From: the human T2T-CHM13v2.0 reference genome, Homo sapiens | Reading direction: 5' to 3' (one strand) | Assembly: GCF_009914755.1 (NCBI RefSeq) | Contig: NC_060928.1 | DNA length: 64,000 nucleotides | In this document: piece by piece, positions 16,120 through 29,268 of the stretch | Layout of the letters: the number at the start of each line of letters is the position of its first letter | Numbering within the stretch: position 1 is the first letter of the stretch | Translations under genes and position numbers: made by a program | Notes under the pieces: model-generated | Database searches by the model: none | What the model was told of the DNA's origin: nothing | Seen by the model: only the letters and a program-made list of their open reading frames with translations

Positions 16120-18659
16120 TGTATTAGTCTGTTTTCATGCTGCTCAAAGAGACATACCCAAGACTGGGCAATATACAAAAGAAAGAAGTTTAATGGACTT
16201 ACAGTTCCACATGGATGGGGAGGATTCACAATCATGGCGGAAGGCAAGAAAGAGTAAGTCATGTATTACCTGGATGGCAGCAGGTAAACAAACTGTTCGT
16301 GCAGGGAAACTCCCCCTTATAATACCATCAGATCTTGGGAGATTTATTCGCTATCACAAGAACAGCACAGGAAAGACCTGCCCCCATAATTCAATCACCT
16401 CCCACTGGGCTCCTCCCACAACACGTGGAAATTGTGGGAGTTACAATTCAAGATGAGATTTGGGTGGGGACACAGCCAAATCATATTATCTCACCTCTGG
16501 CCCCTCGCAAATCCCATGTCCTCACATTTCAAAACCAATCATGCCTTCCCAACAGTCCCACAAAGTCTTAACTCATTTCAGCATTAACTCAAAAGTCCAC
16601 AGTCCGATGTCTCTTCTGAGACAAGGCAAGTCCCTTCCACCTGTGAGCCTGTAAAATCAAAAGCAAGTTAGTTATTTCCTAGATACAATTGGGGTATAGG
16701 CATTGGGTAAATACAGCTATTCCATATGAGAGAAACTGGCCAAAGCAAAGGGGCTACAGGCCCCATGGAAGTCCAAAATCCAGCAGGGCAGTCAAATCTT
16801 AAACCTCCAAAATGATCTCCTTTGAGTCCATGTCTCGCATCCAGATCGTTCTGACCCAAGAGGTGGGTTCCCATGATCTTGGCCAGCTCTGCCCCTGTGG
16901 CTTTGCAGGGTACAGCCTCCCTCCAGCTGCTTTCATGGGCTGGTTTTGAGTGTCTGTGGCTTTACACACAGTGCAAAAAGCTGTCAGTGTATCTACCACG
17001 CTGGAGTCTGGAGGATGGTGGCCCTCTTTTCACAGCTCCAGTAGGTGGTACCCCAGTAGGGACTCTGTGTGGGGGTTCCAACCCCACATTTCCCTTCCCC
17101 ACTGCCCTAGCAGAGGTTCTCCATGGGAGTCCCACCACTGGAGCAAACTTCTGCCTGGACATCCAGGTGTTTCCATACATCCTCTGAAATCTAGGTGGAG
17201 ATTCCTAAACCTCAGTTCTTGACTTCTGTGTACCTACAGACTCAATACCTCGTGGAAGTTGCCAAGGCTTGGGGCTTACACCCTCTGAAGCTACAGCCTG
17301 AGCTGTACCTTGGCTCTTTTTAGTCAAAGCTGGAGTGGCTGGGATGCAGGACACCATGTTCCTAGACTACACACAGCACAAGGACTCTAGTCATGACCCA
17401 CAAAACCACTTTTTCCTCCTAGACCTCTGGGTTTGTGATGAGAGAGGCTGCCAAGAAGACCTCTGACATACCCTGGAGACATTTTCTTCATTGTTTTGGG
17501 GATTAACACTTGGCTCCTCATTACCAGTGCAAATTTCTGCAGCCATCTTTAATTTCTTCTCAGAAAATGGGATTCATTTTTTTTTTTTTTTTGAGATGGA
17601 GTCTCACTCTGTCACCCAGGCTGGAATGCAGTGGCACAATCTAGGCTCACTGCAACCTCCTCCTCCTGGGTTCAAGCAATTTTCCTACCTCAGTCTCCTG
17701 AGTAGCTGGGATTACAGGTGCACACCACCCCACCCGGCTAATATTTTGTGTTTTAGTAGAGACCGGGTTTCACTGTGTTTCCCAGGCTGGTCTCAAACTC
17801 CTGAGCTCAGGCAATCTGCCTGCCTTGGCTTCCCAAAGGGGATGGCATTGTCAGGCTCGAATTTTCCAAACTTTTATGCTCTGCTTCTCTTGTAAAACTG
17901 AATGCCTTTTGAATGCATTGCTGCTTAGAAATTTCTTCCACCAGATAATCATCTCACTCAAATTAAAGTGTCACAGATCTCTAGGGCAGGGGCAAAATGC
18001 CACTAGTCTTTCTGCTAAAACATAACAGGAGTCACCTTTCCTCCAGTTCCAAACAAGTTCCTCATCTCTATCTGAGATCACTTCAGCCTGGACCTTATTG
18101 TTTATATCACTATCAGCATTTTTGTTAAAGCTATTCAACAAGTCTCTAAGAAGTTCCAAACTTTTTCACATTTTCTTATCTTCTTCTGAGCCCTCCACAC
18201 TGTTCCAACCTCTGCCTGTTACTCAGTTCCAAAGTTGCTTCCATATTTTCAGGTATCTTTTCAGCAATGCCCCACTCTATTGCTACCAGTTTACTGTATT
18301 AGCCCGTTTTCATGTTGCTGATAAAGACATATCTGAGACTAGGCAATTTAGTAAAGAAAGAGGTTTAATGGACTTACAGTTCCATATGGCTGGGGAGGAC
18401 TCTCAATCATGGCAGAAGGCAAGGAGGAGAAAGTCACATCTTACATGGATGGTGGTGGCAAAGAGAGAGCTTGTGCAGGGAAACTCCCATTTTTACAACC
18501 ATCAGATCTCATGAGACTTATTCACTATCACAAGAACAGCACAGGAAAGACCTGCCCACATGATTCACTTCTCTCCCACTGAGTCCCTCCCAGAACATGT
18601 GGGAATTATGAGAGCTACAAGATGAGATTTGGGTGGGGACGTAGAGCCAAACCATGTCA
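16120..18659 (-). mobile_element. Complete THE1 (A/B-type) MaLR provirus: LTR 16120-16488, internal region, LTR 18295-18659
   Basis: Two homologous LTRs (tgtattag...catatta and tgtattag...catgtca); THE1-int motifs; 5-bp TSD ATATT at 16115-16119 and 18660-18664. Confidence 0.93.
17577..17838 (-). mobile_element. AluS, slightly 5'-truncated, inside THE1-int
   Basis: Poly-T then gagatggagtctcactctgtc...cccaaag. Confidence 0.9.
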
Positions 18660-18664
18660 ATATT

Positions 18665-19915
18665 CATTTGAAAATTAAAATTCAGTCAAATCCAGTTTGC
18701 AAAAGTCACTCCTAAAAACATATATCACTCAATGTCCGTAAGTAAGAAAATGCCAAAAATTTACTAAAGAAATCTGGTTCAGTTATTTTAATATTTAACA
18801 CATTTTATTTAAGGCAAAAAACATTAGGGAAAATAAGTCTATACTTAATAAAAATAGTGATTCGAAAATTATGACAATCATTAACATGCATACATTTAAT
18901 ATCATATGTATGTTCATTTATTTAAAGGAAAATTGGACAGGCTTGCAAAGTGAAATTTAAAAATCTATAATCATGGTGGGAAATTTTACCATATCTCTTT
19001 CAGAAACTGATGCATCAAAGAGATAAAGGAAAGGATAACAACAGAAGTTTTAAATAATACAATGAGCTAGCTTATTCTAAATAACATTACCCAACCTCTC
19101 ACTCACACTCCCAGAAGTAAGTAAATATACTCATTTCAATCACATATGGATTAAAAGAAAACTAAGCACATGCTAGGCCATAGGAAAATGATCATCTATA
19201 AACCATGTTCTCATATTACAATCCAAAAGAATTAGAAATCATTAAAAAACTATCAAAAGAAACATATACTGGGGAATTCAAAAGCATGCGTTTCAATATT
19301 AAAGTATTAAAGAGAAAATACATAATGGAAATATTTAAATACTTGTGAATGAAAGACTATTATGATATGTGTGGAAATATATTACATATTGCTATAGCAA
19401 AACAAAGCCAGGTTGAGAGCTAGGGCACTGAACTCAAAAAGGTAGGTATAAAACACTGAAACATACTCAATAAAGTAAAAGAAAGCAAAAAAAATAGAGC
19501 AGAAATTAATGGAATAGTTATAAAAATATGATGACTTGAAAATAAGAAAAAGATAGAAACTTCCTAGCAAATCTGGTCAAGAGCTGGTGGGGAAGTAAAA
19601 TAAAAAGCTCAAACAAACAATGTGAGGAATGGAAATGCAGCAATTAATTAGAAATTAAATAAAAATACCAAAAACCATGTTATGATGATAAAGTTGAGTC
19701 TTTGTTGAAATGTTCTGTATTTTAGAAAAGAAAATACATTGCCAAAAAAGATTTATAAATAGCAGAAGCCCGAATAGAACAATAGTTGTTAAATTAATTG
19801 AATCTGTGTTGAAAATAGCTGCTCTCATGTCTTCAAAAATGGCACTGGCTCCAAATAGCTTTACAAACAAGTTCTACCTAACATACACTTTAAAAATCTG
19901 GTACCAAGAATAAAG
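18665..19915 (+). mobile_element. Ancient L1M ORF2 remnant (continuation)
   Basis: tctataatcatggtgggaaattttacc...tcagaaactgat and ctggctccaaatagctttacaaacaagttctacctaacat resemble ORF2. Confidence 0.65.
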
Positions 19916-19980
19916 AAAGAAGACCTCGAATTAGAATAATTGCTATACTACCATTACCACTACTGCCTTCCCCCATTAAA

Positions 19981-19997
19981 CACACACACAATACAAG

Positions 19998-20037
<40 letters not shown>
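19981..20037. repeat. (CA)n microsatellite, imperfect at the 5' part
   Basis: CA run. Confidence 0.95.
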
Positions 20038-20041
<4 letters not shown>

Positions 20042-20177
20042 ATCAAAAAATAAGAGTATTAGGAAGAAGAAAAACTATAGTGGGCAAAGTTAGAATATTG
20101 GAAATCTATCGTCAGTAGACATGTGAAGATACACCTTCAATTTTGTAGAATAAATCCAAGAGAGTGTTTTCCCCCCA

Positions 20178-20415
20178 ATAATTTTATTTTATTTTTTAAT
20201 ATTTTGTGGGTGTATAGTAGGTGTACATATTAATGGGGTACATGAGTTGTTTTGATACAAAAGTTGTTTTGATACAGACATGCAATACAAAATAAGCACA
20301 TAGTGGAGAATGGGGTATCCATCCCCTCAAGCATTTATCCTTTGAGTTACGAACAATCCAATGACACTCTGTAAGTTATTTTAAAATGTACAACTATTAT
20401 TGACTGTAGCCCCCC
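20178..20415 (-). mobile_element. Short L1MA1/2-type 3' end
   Basis: gaatggggtatccatcccctcaagcatttatcctttgagttac; flanked by caagagag(t/a)gtttt; internal 15-bp duplication agttgttttgataca. Confidence 0.8.
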
Positions 20416-20849
20416 TCAAGAGAGAGTTTTTAAACATATATACCAGATTGATTTTACTTCAATATGTGCAGTTTTCATAAATAATATCATCTGGAAGTAA
20501 GTGTTGAGACTCTTACCCTCAATAATTAGAACATGGTTTCTTTTTACTATCTGCAAACATTACTGAAATAGACAGGAAAGGAGGCTTAAACAAATGCTAT
20601 AATTGATTTTTTTAAGTAAATAGTTTTTAACAGGGGAAGTTTCTATGGGAGAAAAATGGAAAGAAATAATCAGAAGTCTGTAAAAAACCTCAGTTATGAA
20701 ACTGTATCATGTAAGAAAGGCTGGTGAATGAGAGGATTTTTAGGAAACATCGTAGAAATCTAACTTACATCATCAGAGCACATGCTGTACACTGTAATAC
20801 AATACACTTGTATTGTATACAAATGTACAAATGAAGCATTTGGGGAAAA

Positions 20850-21582
20850 ATGCTTATGTTTTCCCCAAACTCTAGTGGTGCATAGTCCATAGTTGGAGTT
20901 CTAATTCCCAATGTGATAGCATTGAAGGTGTGGTCTTTGGGAGGTTATAAGGGTGGTGGAGTCCTCATAAATTGTATTAGTGCTCTCATAATGAAAAACA
21001 CTCGGGGCCAGACGAAGTGGCTCACGCCTGTGGTCCTGACTCTTTGGGAGGCCGAGGCAGGTGGATCACTTGAGGTCAGGAGTTCGAGATCAGCCTGAGC
21101 AACGTGATGAAATCCCATCTCTACTAAATACAAAAATTAGCTGGGTGTCGTGGCATGTGCCTGTAACTCCAGGTACTCAGGAGGCTGAGGCACAAGAATA
21201 GCTTGAATCCAGGAGGCAGAGGCTGCAGTGAGCCGAGCCAAGATCATGCTGCTGCACTCCGGCCTGGGCGACAGAGTGAGACTCTGTCTCAAAAAAAAAA
21301 AATAAAGAAATAAATAAAGAAATGAAAAAGGAGAAGGAGAAGGAGAAGAAGACGAGGAAGAGGAAGAAGAAGAAGAAGAAGAAGAAGAAGCACTCGGAGA
21401 TGCTCTCTCTCTCCACCATGTAAGGAGATACAACAAGAAGGTGGCTGTCTGCAAATGAGATAGGAGGCTCTCGCCAGTTACTGAATCCGCAAGCACCTTG
21501 ATCCCGAACTTCCCAGCAGCCAGAACTGTGAGAAATAAATCGTTATTGTTTAAGCCACAGAGTCTGTGGTATTTTGTTATAG
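20850..21582 (+). mobile_element. MLT1A-type MaLR LTR, interrupted by an Alu and near its end by MER21
   Basis: cccaatgtgatagcattgaaggtgtggtctttgggagg; gccagaactgtgagaaataaat...tttaagccac...gtggtattttgttatag; the tail resumes at about 22458-22474. Confidence 0.8.
21006..21390 (+). mobile_element. AluS (Sx-like) with a tail that evolved into a GAA/GGA purine repeat
   Basis: Full dimer; TSD core cactcgg at 20999-21005 and 21391-21397; (GAA)9 at 21363-21389. Confidence 0.92.
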
Positions 21583-22457
21583 TGATGTGTGATATTGTGA
21601 AATACGTGTTTGGTCTTCATTCCCGTTTCCTGGCATACAACACCTAAGATCTTTGGAATCTTCAAAGTGATGGTTTTTGTGTGCTAATGAGTGGACTGTG
21701 GCTGGCAGCCCCTAGGTAGCTTCAGGATGGAGCTGGTCACCCCAAAGACAAAGACAAAGGCAGGATTAGAGGGCTGGGGCTTTCAGCCTCATCCTCAACC
21801 TCCGGGTAGCAGAAAGGGGTTGAGGATTAAGTTGATTACCAGCGGGCAATGATTTAATCAGTCATAAAGAACCATGTAAAACACAAAAGGACTGGATTTC
21901 AAGAGGTTCCAGATAGCTGAATATGTGGAAGCTGATAAGAAGGTGAAGAAGAACACATCCACGTATCAGAAGGGTGGTGAAGCCTAACTTCACAGGGACA
22001 GAAGCTCCTGTGCTCCAGACCACTCCAGTCCTAGCTCTCTGTATCTTTTCATCTGGCTGTTTAGGTATATCCTTCAAAATAACCTTTGCATTACACCAGC
22101 AAATGTAGTGTTTCCCCGAGTTCTGTGAGCAGCCCTAGCAGGATTAATTGCACCCAAAGAAGGGGTTGTGGAGACCCCAACTGGAAGCCAGTGGGTCAGA
22201 AGTTCCCAAGGTCTGCACTTGCGGCTGGTGGGAAGGAGGGGGCAGTCTTGGAGACTGAGCCCTCAACTGGTGGGATCTGAAGCTGTCTCCAGGTAGATAT
22301 CATGAGAATTGAATTGAAATGAATTGGAGGATGCCCAGCTGGTGTCTGCTGTTTGGGGTGTGGGGAAAACCCCTCACATATTTGGTCACAAAGTCTTCTG
22401 TGTTGATTGCTGTGGTGTGAGAGCAGAGGAAAATGTTGAAGATTTTCCACTATCACA
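21583..22457. mobile_element. MER21-type solo LTR
   Basis: tgtgatattgtgaaatacgtgtttggtcttc...cagcccctaggtagcttcaggatg...ccctcaactggtgggatctga. Confidence 0.8.
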
Positions 22458-23039
22458 CAGCTCAAGCTAAGGCAGTGTACCTTTCACTACACAGGGGATG
22501 AGAGAGGTCTAGAGATTCCCACTGTCTTCCTTCTACTGAAGTGTAACAAGAACAAAGCAAAACAGAAACACATTTAAACTACTAAGAACTCCTTATTATA
22601 ACATTAAATATATTTGAAAGGAAAATTACAGGAATGGATAGTACCTCAAGAGTTAATATATTTGCATAATTCATTTTTGCTTAAAAATGTAAAATTCATG
22701 CTGATAGGTTTTGAAAGAAAATGGATATTCATAGTAATCATTCTCAATTTACATATAATAATGTAACTACTGAAATGGAACATCTGAGCACATTTGCATA
22801 TGTTGATAAAAAATTATGAAGTTCTAATAAAACTTATTCTAAATTAAATACAAAAAAAAAAAAAGAAACCCAAGTAGCAAAATCTATACAGTGGGCTGTC
22901 CTGAAACATTCCAGGAAATGAACTGCAGTTCCATATATCTTCTACTTAATATGTACTTCCATTTATCTTTTTTCTTACCTTAAATTTCAGAAATGTATGG
23001 CTTTTTTCTTTTAGAACGAATTCTCGTCATTAATACATG

Positions 23040-23220
23040 ACAGTTATTTTAAGCGGTTTATAGATGTTAACTGAATATTGTAAGTGATATGCTATCGTGT
23101 TCCCCATTTAACAGGTAAGAAAACTGAAACACAAAGAAGTTAAGTCACTTGCTTAAAATCACACAGCTAATAAGCATCAATATGATATTGACTAAGTGGT
23201 CTTACACCTTACCACATTTA
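23040..23220 (-). mobile_element. MIR
   Basis: ccccatttaacaggtaagaaaactgaaacacaaagaagttaagtcacttgc...tcacacagctaataag. Confidence 0.8.
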
Positions 23221-23831
23221 TAACAGTAATGGGTCATAAGGAAAATGGTTAAACATTCTAAATTAAACTTCATGTTCTAGTACTAAATGCAGATGTTAAA
23301 GAAAACCTTGTCTATTGTCTTAGGTAGATTCACAGATAGAATCAACATGCAGTCTTTTAAATGGTATGAAATTCACCTGCTAGATTGGAAAGAGAAGAGT
23401 GACTTGTTTTCTCAAACAGTTTAGCTATCTTAATTATGAAAGTCTCAAGATTAAAGCTCATATCTTATCTTTTAATCCTATGATTCCAGCATTAATATTG
23501 GAGTGGTGCATAGTCCATGATTGGTTTATTTATTCACTCATTATTCATGTTATCTTTATTTTTACATTTAGACATTTTACTTACTCACATTTAATAATTC
23601 ATTACTTATTAATTCATCATTCAAAATAATTGCTTCACACATTCATTTATGTATGAACCAAATATTCATTGAGCTCCTATTATTTCTTAAAACTGGGAAT
23701 ATAGCAATGAACAAAACATAGGGCTTACATTCTAGTGTAAGCTAGATGTGTATATAATGTATGTAATTTAATGTTAATGTAAGCTAGTGTAATGTCTATG
23801 TATTATAAACAATACATAGTAAACAAAATTA

Positions 23832-24463
23832 GGGTCAATTCTCATTATTTATGGTTGTTAAGTGCTACAAAGTTGCTGCAAACACTAAATTAGCAACTAT
23901 TGAACTATTGCTCCTAAGGTAAATACAGGTTTAATTTCCTGTGAGCCTCTAGTTACATTTTTGTCAACCTCTCAATATAAATCTTGTTTATATATGTTTC
24001 TGTTTAAAGACACCGTATTTAATATATATTGTTGACTTATTAACATTGAACCCATGGCTAACAGCACTATAACTCATCCCTGAACAAACTTAACACATAG
24101 ATTTTCTCCTCAAGGGAGGTCACAGCCTTCTGGGGCTTAGGATCACTAGATAGCATGTCAGCACTGTGTTTGCGGGCCATTCTAAACAGCAAAATCACCA
24201 AAAAAGATTCCCAAATGTGAAAAACATGGCACTGTCAAGACCACAAAAAGGACCCTTGGGAGCCGAGACAAAAAGCCCGAGCATCGCCTCGTTCAACCTC
24301 AGCTGGGAATGTGCCTGTTGAGTGACGCAAATTTTTGCCACTCTGCACGCGTCTGTGAAGGACTGCAAAAGCACCACAAGTATTGACTCGGGGGTTACAA
24401 ATAAAATCTAGCAAGTAGGCAAACTTGGTAATATGGAATCTGTGAATAATAAGGATCAACAGT
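23832..24463. mobile_element. MER82 (TcMar-Tigger) element
   Basis: gtcaattctcattatt...aacactaaattagc...ttgctcctaaggtaaatacagg...gtgaataataaggatcaac; inverted termini. Confidence 0.8.
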
Positions 24464-24865
24464 GTATTTGTCAGATAAGTGCTGTGTGGAAACTAAGGCG
24501 AGGTAAGGAAGGAGGCTGGAGCAGGGCTTTCTGAAATGGTGGTTTTTGAGCACAAGCATGAAACAGGTGGAAATGTCATGCAGATACCAGAGGGAAATGC
24601 ATTCCAGACAGAAAGAGCAACAGCCGTGATACCTGGCAAGTTTGAAGTGCCTGAGAAACTGTAGCTAGTGTGGTTGGAGTGGGATAAATGAGGGCACAGA
24701 CTAAGGACATAAGGTTGGAGACTTAGTCAAGAACCAAACATTTGTAAATTTGTAAGCAGTGGTGAGGACTTTAATTCTGATTGAAATGGGAAGTCACTAG
24801 AGAGTCTAGGACATGCGTGTAAAAGAATCTGACCTGACTTGATTTTTATAGTACTTTCATTATAC

Positions 24866-25163
24866 TTTTTTTTTTTGAGACAGGATCTTGCACTTTTGCC
24901 CACGCTGAAGTGTCGTGGTGTGACCATGGGCCATCATAACCTCAAACTCCGGGGCTCCTCTGAGTCCCCAACTCAGCTTCCCGAGTAGCTGGGATAACAG
25001 GCTCCAGCTACTATAAATTATCCACCTGGCTAATGGTTTTTGTTGCATTTCTTTGCGAGATGGGATCTCACTCTGTTGCCCAGGCTGAGCTTGAACTCTT
25101 GGCCTCGAGTAATCCTCCCTTTTTGGTCTCCCAAAGTGCTAGGATCACAGGCCACCATGCCCA
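24866..25163 (-). mobile_element. Diverged AluJ
   Basis: Poly-T, gagacaggatcttgc...ccaggctgagcttgaactcttggcctc...cccaaagtgctagga. Confidence 0.85.
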
Positions 25164-25373
25164 TCCCTTACGATACCCTTTCCAACTGCTGGATTGAGCA
25201 TAGACGGTTGGAGATCTATTCTTGTAGAGGAAGTGGAACAAGAAGCTGTAGGTATCCACTGGTGTGAACCAAACCAAAGGTGGTGGTGGCCTACATCAGG
25301 ATTGTAGTGGTGAAGGAGGGACAACATGGAGGATACAGAATGTATTTTTGTAGAATAACTAAAAAGATTCTCT

Positions 25374-25482
25374 GGGCCAGGTGCAGTGCCTGATGCCTAT
25401 AATTCCAACTACTGGATAGGCTGAGGCAGGAGGATCTCCTGAGCCCAGGAATTCCATGAACTATGACTAGTGCCACTGCACC
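25374..25482 (+). mobile_element. Alu monomer/FAM-like fragment
   Basis: ggccaggtgcagtg...ggctgaggcaggaggatctcctgagcccagga...gccactgcac. Confidence 0.75.
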
Positions 25483-25861
25483 TTCTGATTGTATTTTCTG
25501 GCTGAGATATGAGTAAAAGAGAGAACTTAATTATGAATCCAATTGTTTGACTTGAACAACTGGAAGGGTGGAATTTCAATTTATTGAGGCAGGAAAGACT
25601 AGAGAAGTTGCTGGGGGTTTCGGGGAGGTAGGCAGGAGGAGTTGAGTTTTGGACATGGCACAGAAATTATTAGACACCCCAAGATCTCAATTAGTCACTG
25701 AGATATGCTAGTTAGGAATTCAGGGCAAAAAAAATACTGTGAATATGTATTGAGTTAATGAATGTATTCATTATTGAACAAACCCATTGCATAACTTTCA
25801 TCTAAGTCATTACTTAATATATGGCAAATATTTTAGTACCTATTCACATGCTGCAGAGAGC

Positions 25862-26085
25862 TACAGAGTGGAAAAGGCACCAGCTTCTCATCAGACAAAC
25901 TGAGTTTGAATTCTGCTTCTTCCACTTAGTTATCAAAAATCTGGGGGAAATTAATATGTCAGAATCTGTTCTCCCCTATGTAAAGGGTAAAATAATACTT
26001 CCTTAATTGGATTTATTGAGGAATTAATTAAATAGTATATAAGTAAGAATCTACATAGACACTCAATACATATAAGTTCCCTTCC
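25862..26085 (+). mobile_element. MIR
   Basis: cagacaaactgagtttgaattctgcttcttccacttag...tgtaaagggtaaaataatac...cactcaatacat. Confidence 0.75.
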
Positions 26086-26789
26086 ACCATGCCTTATAAT
26101 TTCAGATAAAAGTCTGAAATGAATGATTTTTTTATCACTTCAAAAATAAATACCTGGACAAATGGCTACAAATATGACTTCAGACAATAATATTTGATTA
26201 ATGGACAGAAAATAGATTGTAATAAATATATTATTGCAATATTTTATTAGCTAAGAAGGGCAAATCATAAAACTTATACCAATACTCTCTCTTGCACCCA
26301 TTAAGTGAACATGACTTTCTTTTATACTTTGCCCCAACTTCACTTCAAAGTCCTTACTAACAAATTTTTTTGAGTCAACTACCAAGAATCAATGAGATTT
26401 GTATAAGAGATAAAAATCTATCAGGAAATAGGGGTTACTCAACAGCACAAAGTAGAGCAATTATTTGTATTAATAGTTAAAAATTAAAAATCAAAATATA
26501 TTGACACAAACTTTAAGAAGTTCTCATATGTAAATTTTACATATTACAGCTTTGCATATTCAAGCGTTAAACTCTTATTTATATAGCCATACCTTTTCAG
26601 TTCTCTGAATGCTCAATTCTTAGGATCCTGATACTATGTAAATAGGGTATATTTTATTTATAATAACATTTAAAATTCATATACCTGGATGAGTGATCTA
26701 CAACATCTTATTCAGAATTTTAAACTTTAAATTCTAGAATATTCAGGCTAGCAAAGATCATAAAGAAAACATTATTGATTAATAAGAGG

Positions 26790-27290
26790 AAAACAAAGTA
26801 TAATTGAATGCAGACTATGTATAATTTATTATGCTAAATATTTTACCTATAAATTCCTACTAACCTCTAATTATAAATATTTCAAAGACAAGAGAATTGA
26901 AGCTTAAATGTAGTTAAGTTTATAAAATTCAGAAGCATTTGATCTGGGTTTTAAACACATTCGTTTGTTACTCCAAAGCTTATACTCTTTATTCTGTGTT
27001 ATACTTCTCGAGAGAACTGTATCATAATAAAACAGTTAGCTGTTTGACCTTGGTCTGGTCACTTTAGTAATTAATTCTATGCCTAAAGTTTCTTATCTGT
27101 AACCCTAATAAAATGGAATAGATGTTTATGATCAAGATTAGCTGTCAGTTTATAGAACTTTTGTTAGAAATGTTTATCTACTGATAGGTGAAATTGAGCT
27201 TCAATCTTTTTAGACATAAACATGATAATAATAGTAATAATAAGAATAATTAACATTTATTGCATGTTTCTTGTGAGTCGGGCACAATGA
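26790..27290. mobile_element. Cluster of degenerate MIR fragments in both orientations
   Basis: gaattgaagcttaaatgtagttaag; ttagctgtttgaccttgg...aagtttcttatctgtaa; taataattaacatttattg. Confidence 0.5.
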
Positions 27291-29213
27291 GAGCAGTTCT
27301 CATGTGGATACAAGTGTGGAAGAAGGTGAATGGAAATAAAAGATAAAAGAAGTAGGGCATCAAGTCACAGGAAAAGAGTCCAGAATTGAGACATTTTTGA
27401 AGATTTCTTGAAGATGCCACAAAACAACACCAATTATACAATTAGTATGCTCATACTAATAATGTCTTATTTCTTTGAGTGCATTGACTTTCTCATTTAA
27501 GAGACAGGTGTCCTGTTGCAGTATGAAGTTTGCCATTTTAAAATAGATGTTAGTGAGAAAATAGAATTCCTTTTACATAACTTCACATTGCAGTCAAATT
27601 TCCGAAAGCAAATCTCTTAGGTGAAAAGAAAAATATATTTGTCAATTAAATATCTCTTTTCTTCCCCAATTATCTGTATTTAATACTGATATTTCTCTTA
27701 TAATATTCTGCATTTCCACTTTTTGGACCATATCAATTGGTAGTCCTTGCCCTTCTCTATCTGCTTTTGTCTCCCAATATAAAGTTAATCACATGAATAT
27801 AACCGCTTGTTTATATGGCAGTTTTCTTTAATGGGATTTTAGCTCTTACCAGGTGGGAACTGTGAGGTAGCAATTGTTTAATCCTCAGTAAAGAGTGCAG
27901 TAACAGGCATAAAAATGATTATAGAGAGGAAAAGAGAAAGAAAGGAAGGAAGTCGGTAATAGACCTCCAGATAGTCATAATAGTCACACTGTTGTCAATT
28001 CAAATGGCTGTACAATCCCAACACGTGCTGCAGTTTTCATCATGAACCATGTAAACTACTAGTTTCTCTTCAATTTCTTAAACGACATGATCAAGGCCAG
28101 TAAAACCAGAGAGTTTCACACAGGCAAGTGATCTTTGGCAGGGACTGAACTTGTCTCTAAATGAGTATAAGGTTTGTATTTGTATATAAGTGAGTAACGA
28201 TGCATAAGACATGGCATAATGTTAACGTTTCACATACTCTGAGGAGATGTTTCTCTGAAAACGTGATTAGAATGCTTGCTTCATTTGTTCAGAATGCATG
28301 CATATTTCGGCTTGTTGGGATTCACTAATGGTTTACTGGATATGCAAGAGCCTTCCTCTCTTTTCAACTTCATTAACAGAAAGGAAAGAAAGGGCCATAT
28401 TTTCTCTGTAGGCATTTAAATATATATAACTTGATTATTAATTCAATCAAATTATGAGTGATGCCTATTATCTTTATGAATAGATATAAAAAGCATATAG
28501 ATATGAAAGAAGCATTGATGTGGAAAATACTACAATAACAAATCTTATAAGAAAGAATTTTAGAAATAACTTGCCAGAAGGGTAATGACCTCAATTAAAT
28601 TTTATGTGAAATAATAATTGGTGATTTTAATAAAGAAACACTATTGCAAATTGCATATTTGATAATATAATATTTTGGTATTTTTAAACTTCCCTCTGGC
28701 TTGCATTTATATTAAATAAAAATCTTGGAGATAATCAAGTAAGATTTATAATTTAAAGTGGCTTTTCTTTCAACATACTCAAGTAGCTTTTAAATAGTTT
28801 TAAATTCGAAAGGATGGAGAAAAGAATATTGAAGATCTTCCTGTAGATATTTTTTCTATCAATGAGAGAAAATTATTCTGCCATAAAACTGTATTATAAA
28901 TATCAAATTACATATGTCTAAGGAAGACAAATTAAAAACCATGGTACAAGGAGACATTTCAGTGAGATAAACATGTTTGGTGTGAATCATCTGGAAAATA
29001 TGAAATTGAAGTAACACTTTTCCTGGATGAATGTAATCTATTTCCACATATATACGGCCTTGCTTAGGCTTATACATTTTTTGAACAAATGTATACTTCA
29101 CATAAAATACTCATAGACAATGTTGAGTTTGGATAACTTTGCAATTCAACTAGGAAAGGTTTTTATTACTATCATTACAAACAAATAAAACATTTTCCTG
29201 TAAGACAATGCTG

Positions 29214-29217
<4 letters not shown>

Positions 29218-29265
<48 letters not shown>
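29218..29265. repeat. Perfect (TA)24 microsatellite
   Basis: Uninterrupted TA run. Confidence 0.98.

Positions 29266-29268
<3 letters not shown>

Larger units (their letters stand above)
23610..25770 (-). mobile_element. Fragmented L2 LINE hosting MER82 and Alu insertions
   Basis: 3' end aaatattcattgagctcctatta; gggaaatgcattccagacagaaagagcaacag; aatgggaagtcactagagagt; gagttgagttttggacatg. Confidence 0.7.

Noticed and set aside
16020-18514. Dense overlapping ORFs of 60-138 aa
   Set aside because: All lie within the THE1 LTRs, internal region or Alus; there is no intact retroviral gene.
21137-21496. Poly-Ser and poly-Phe ORFs
   Set aside because: They are reverse-strand readings of the GAA/GGA Alu tail.
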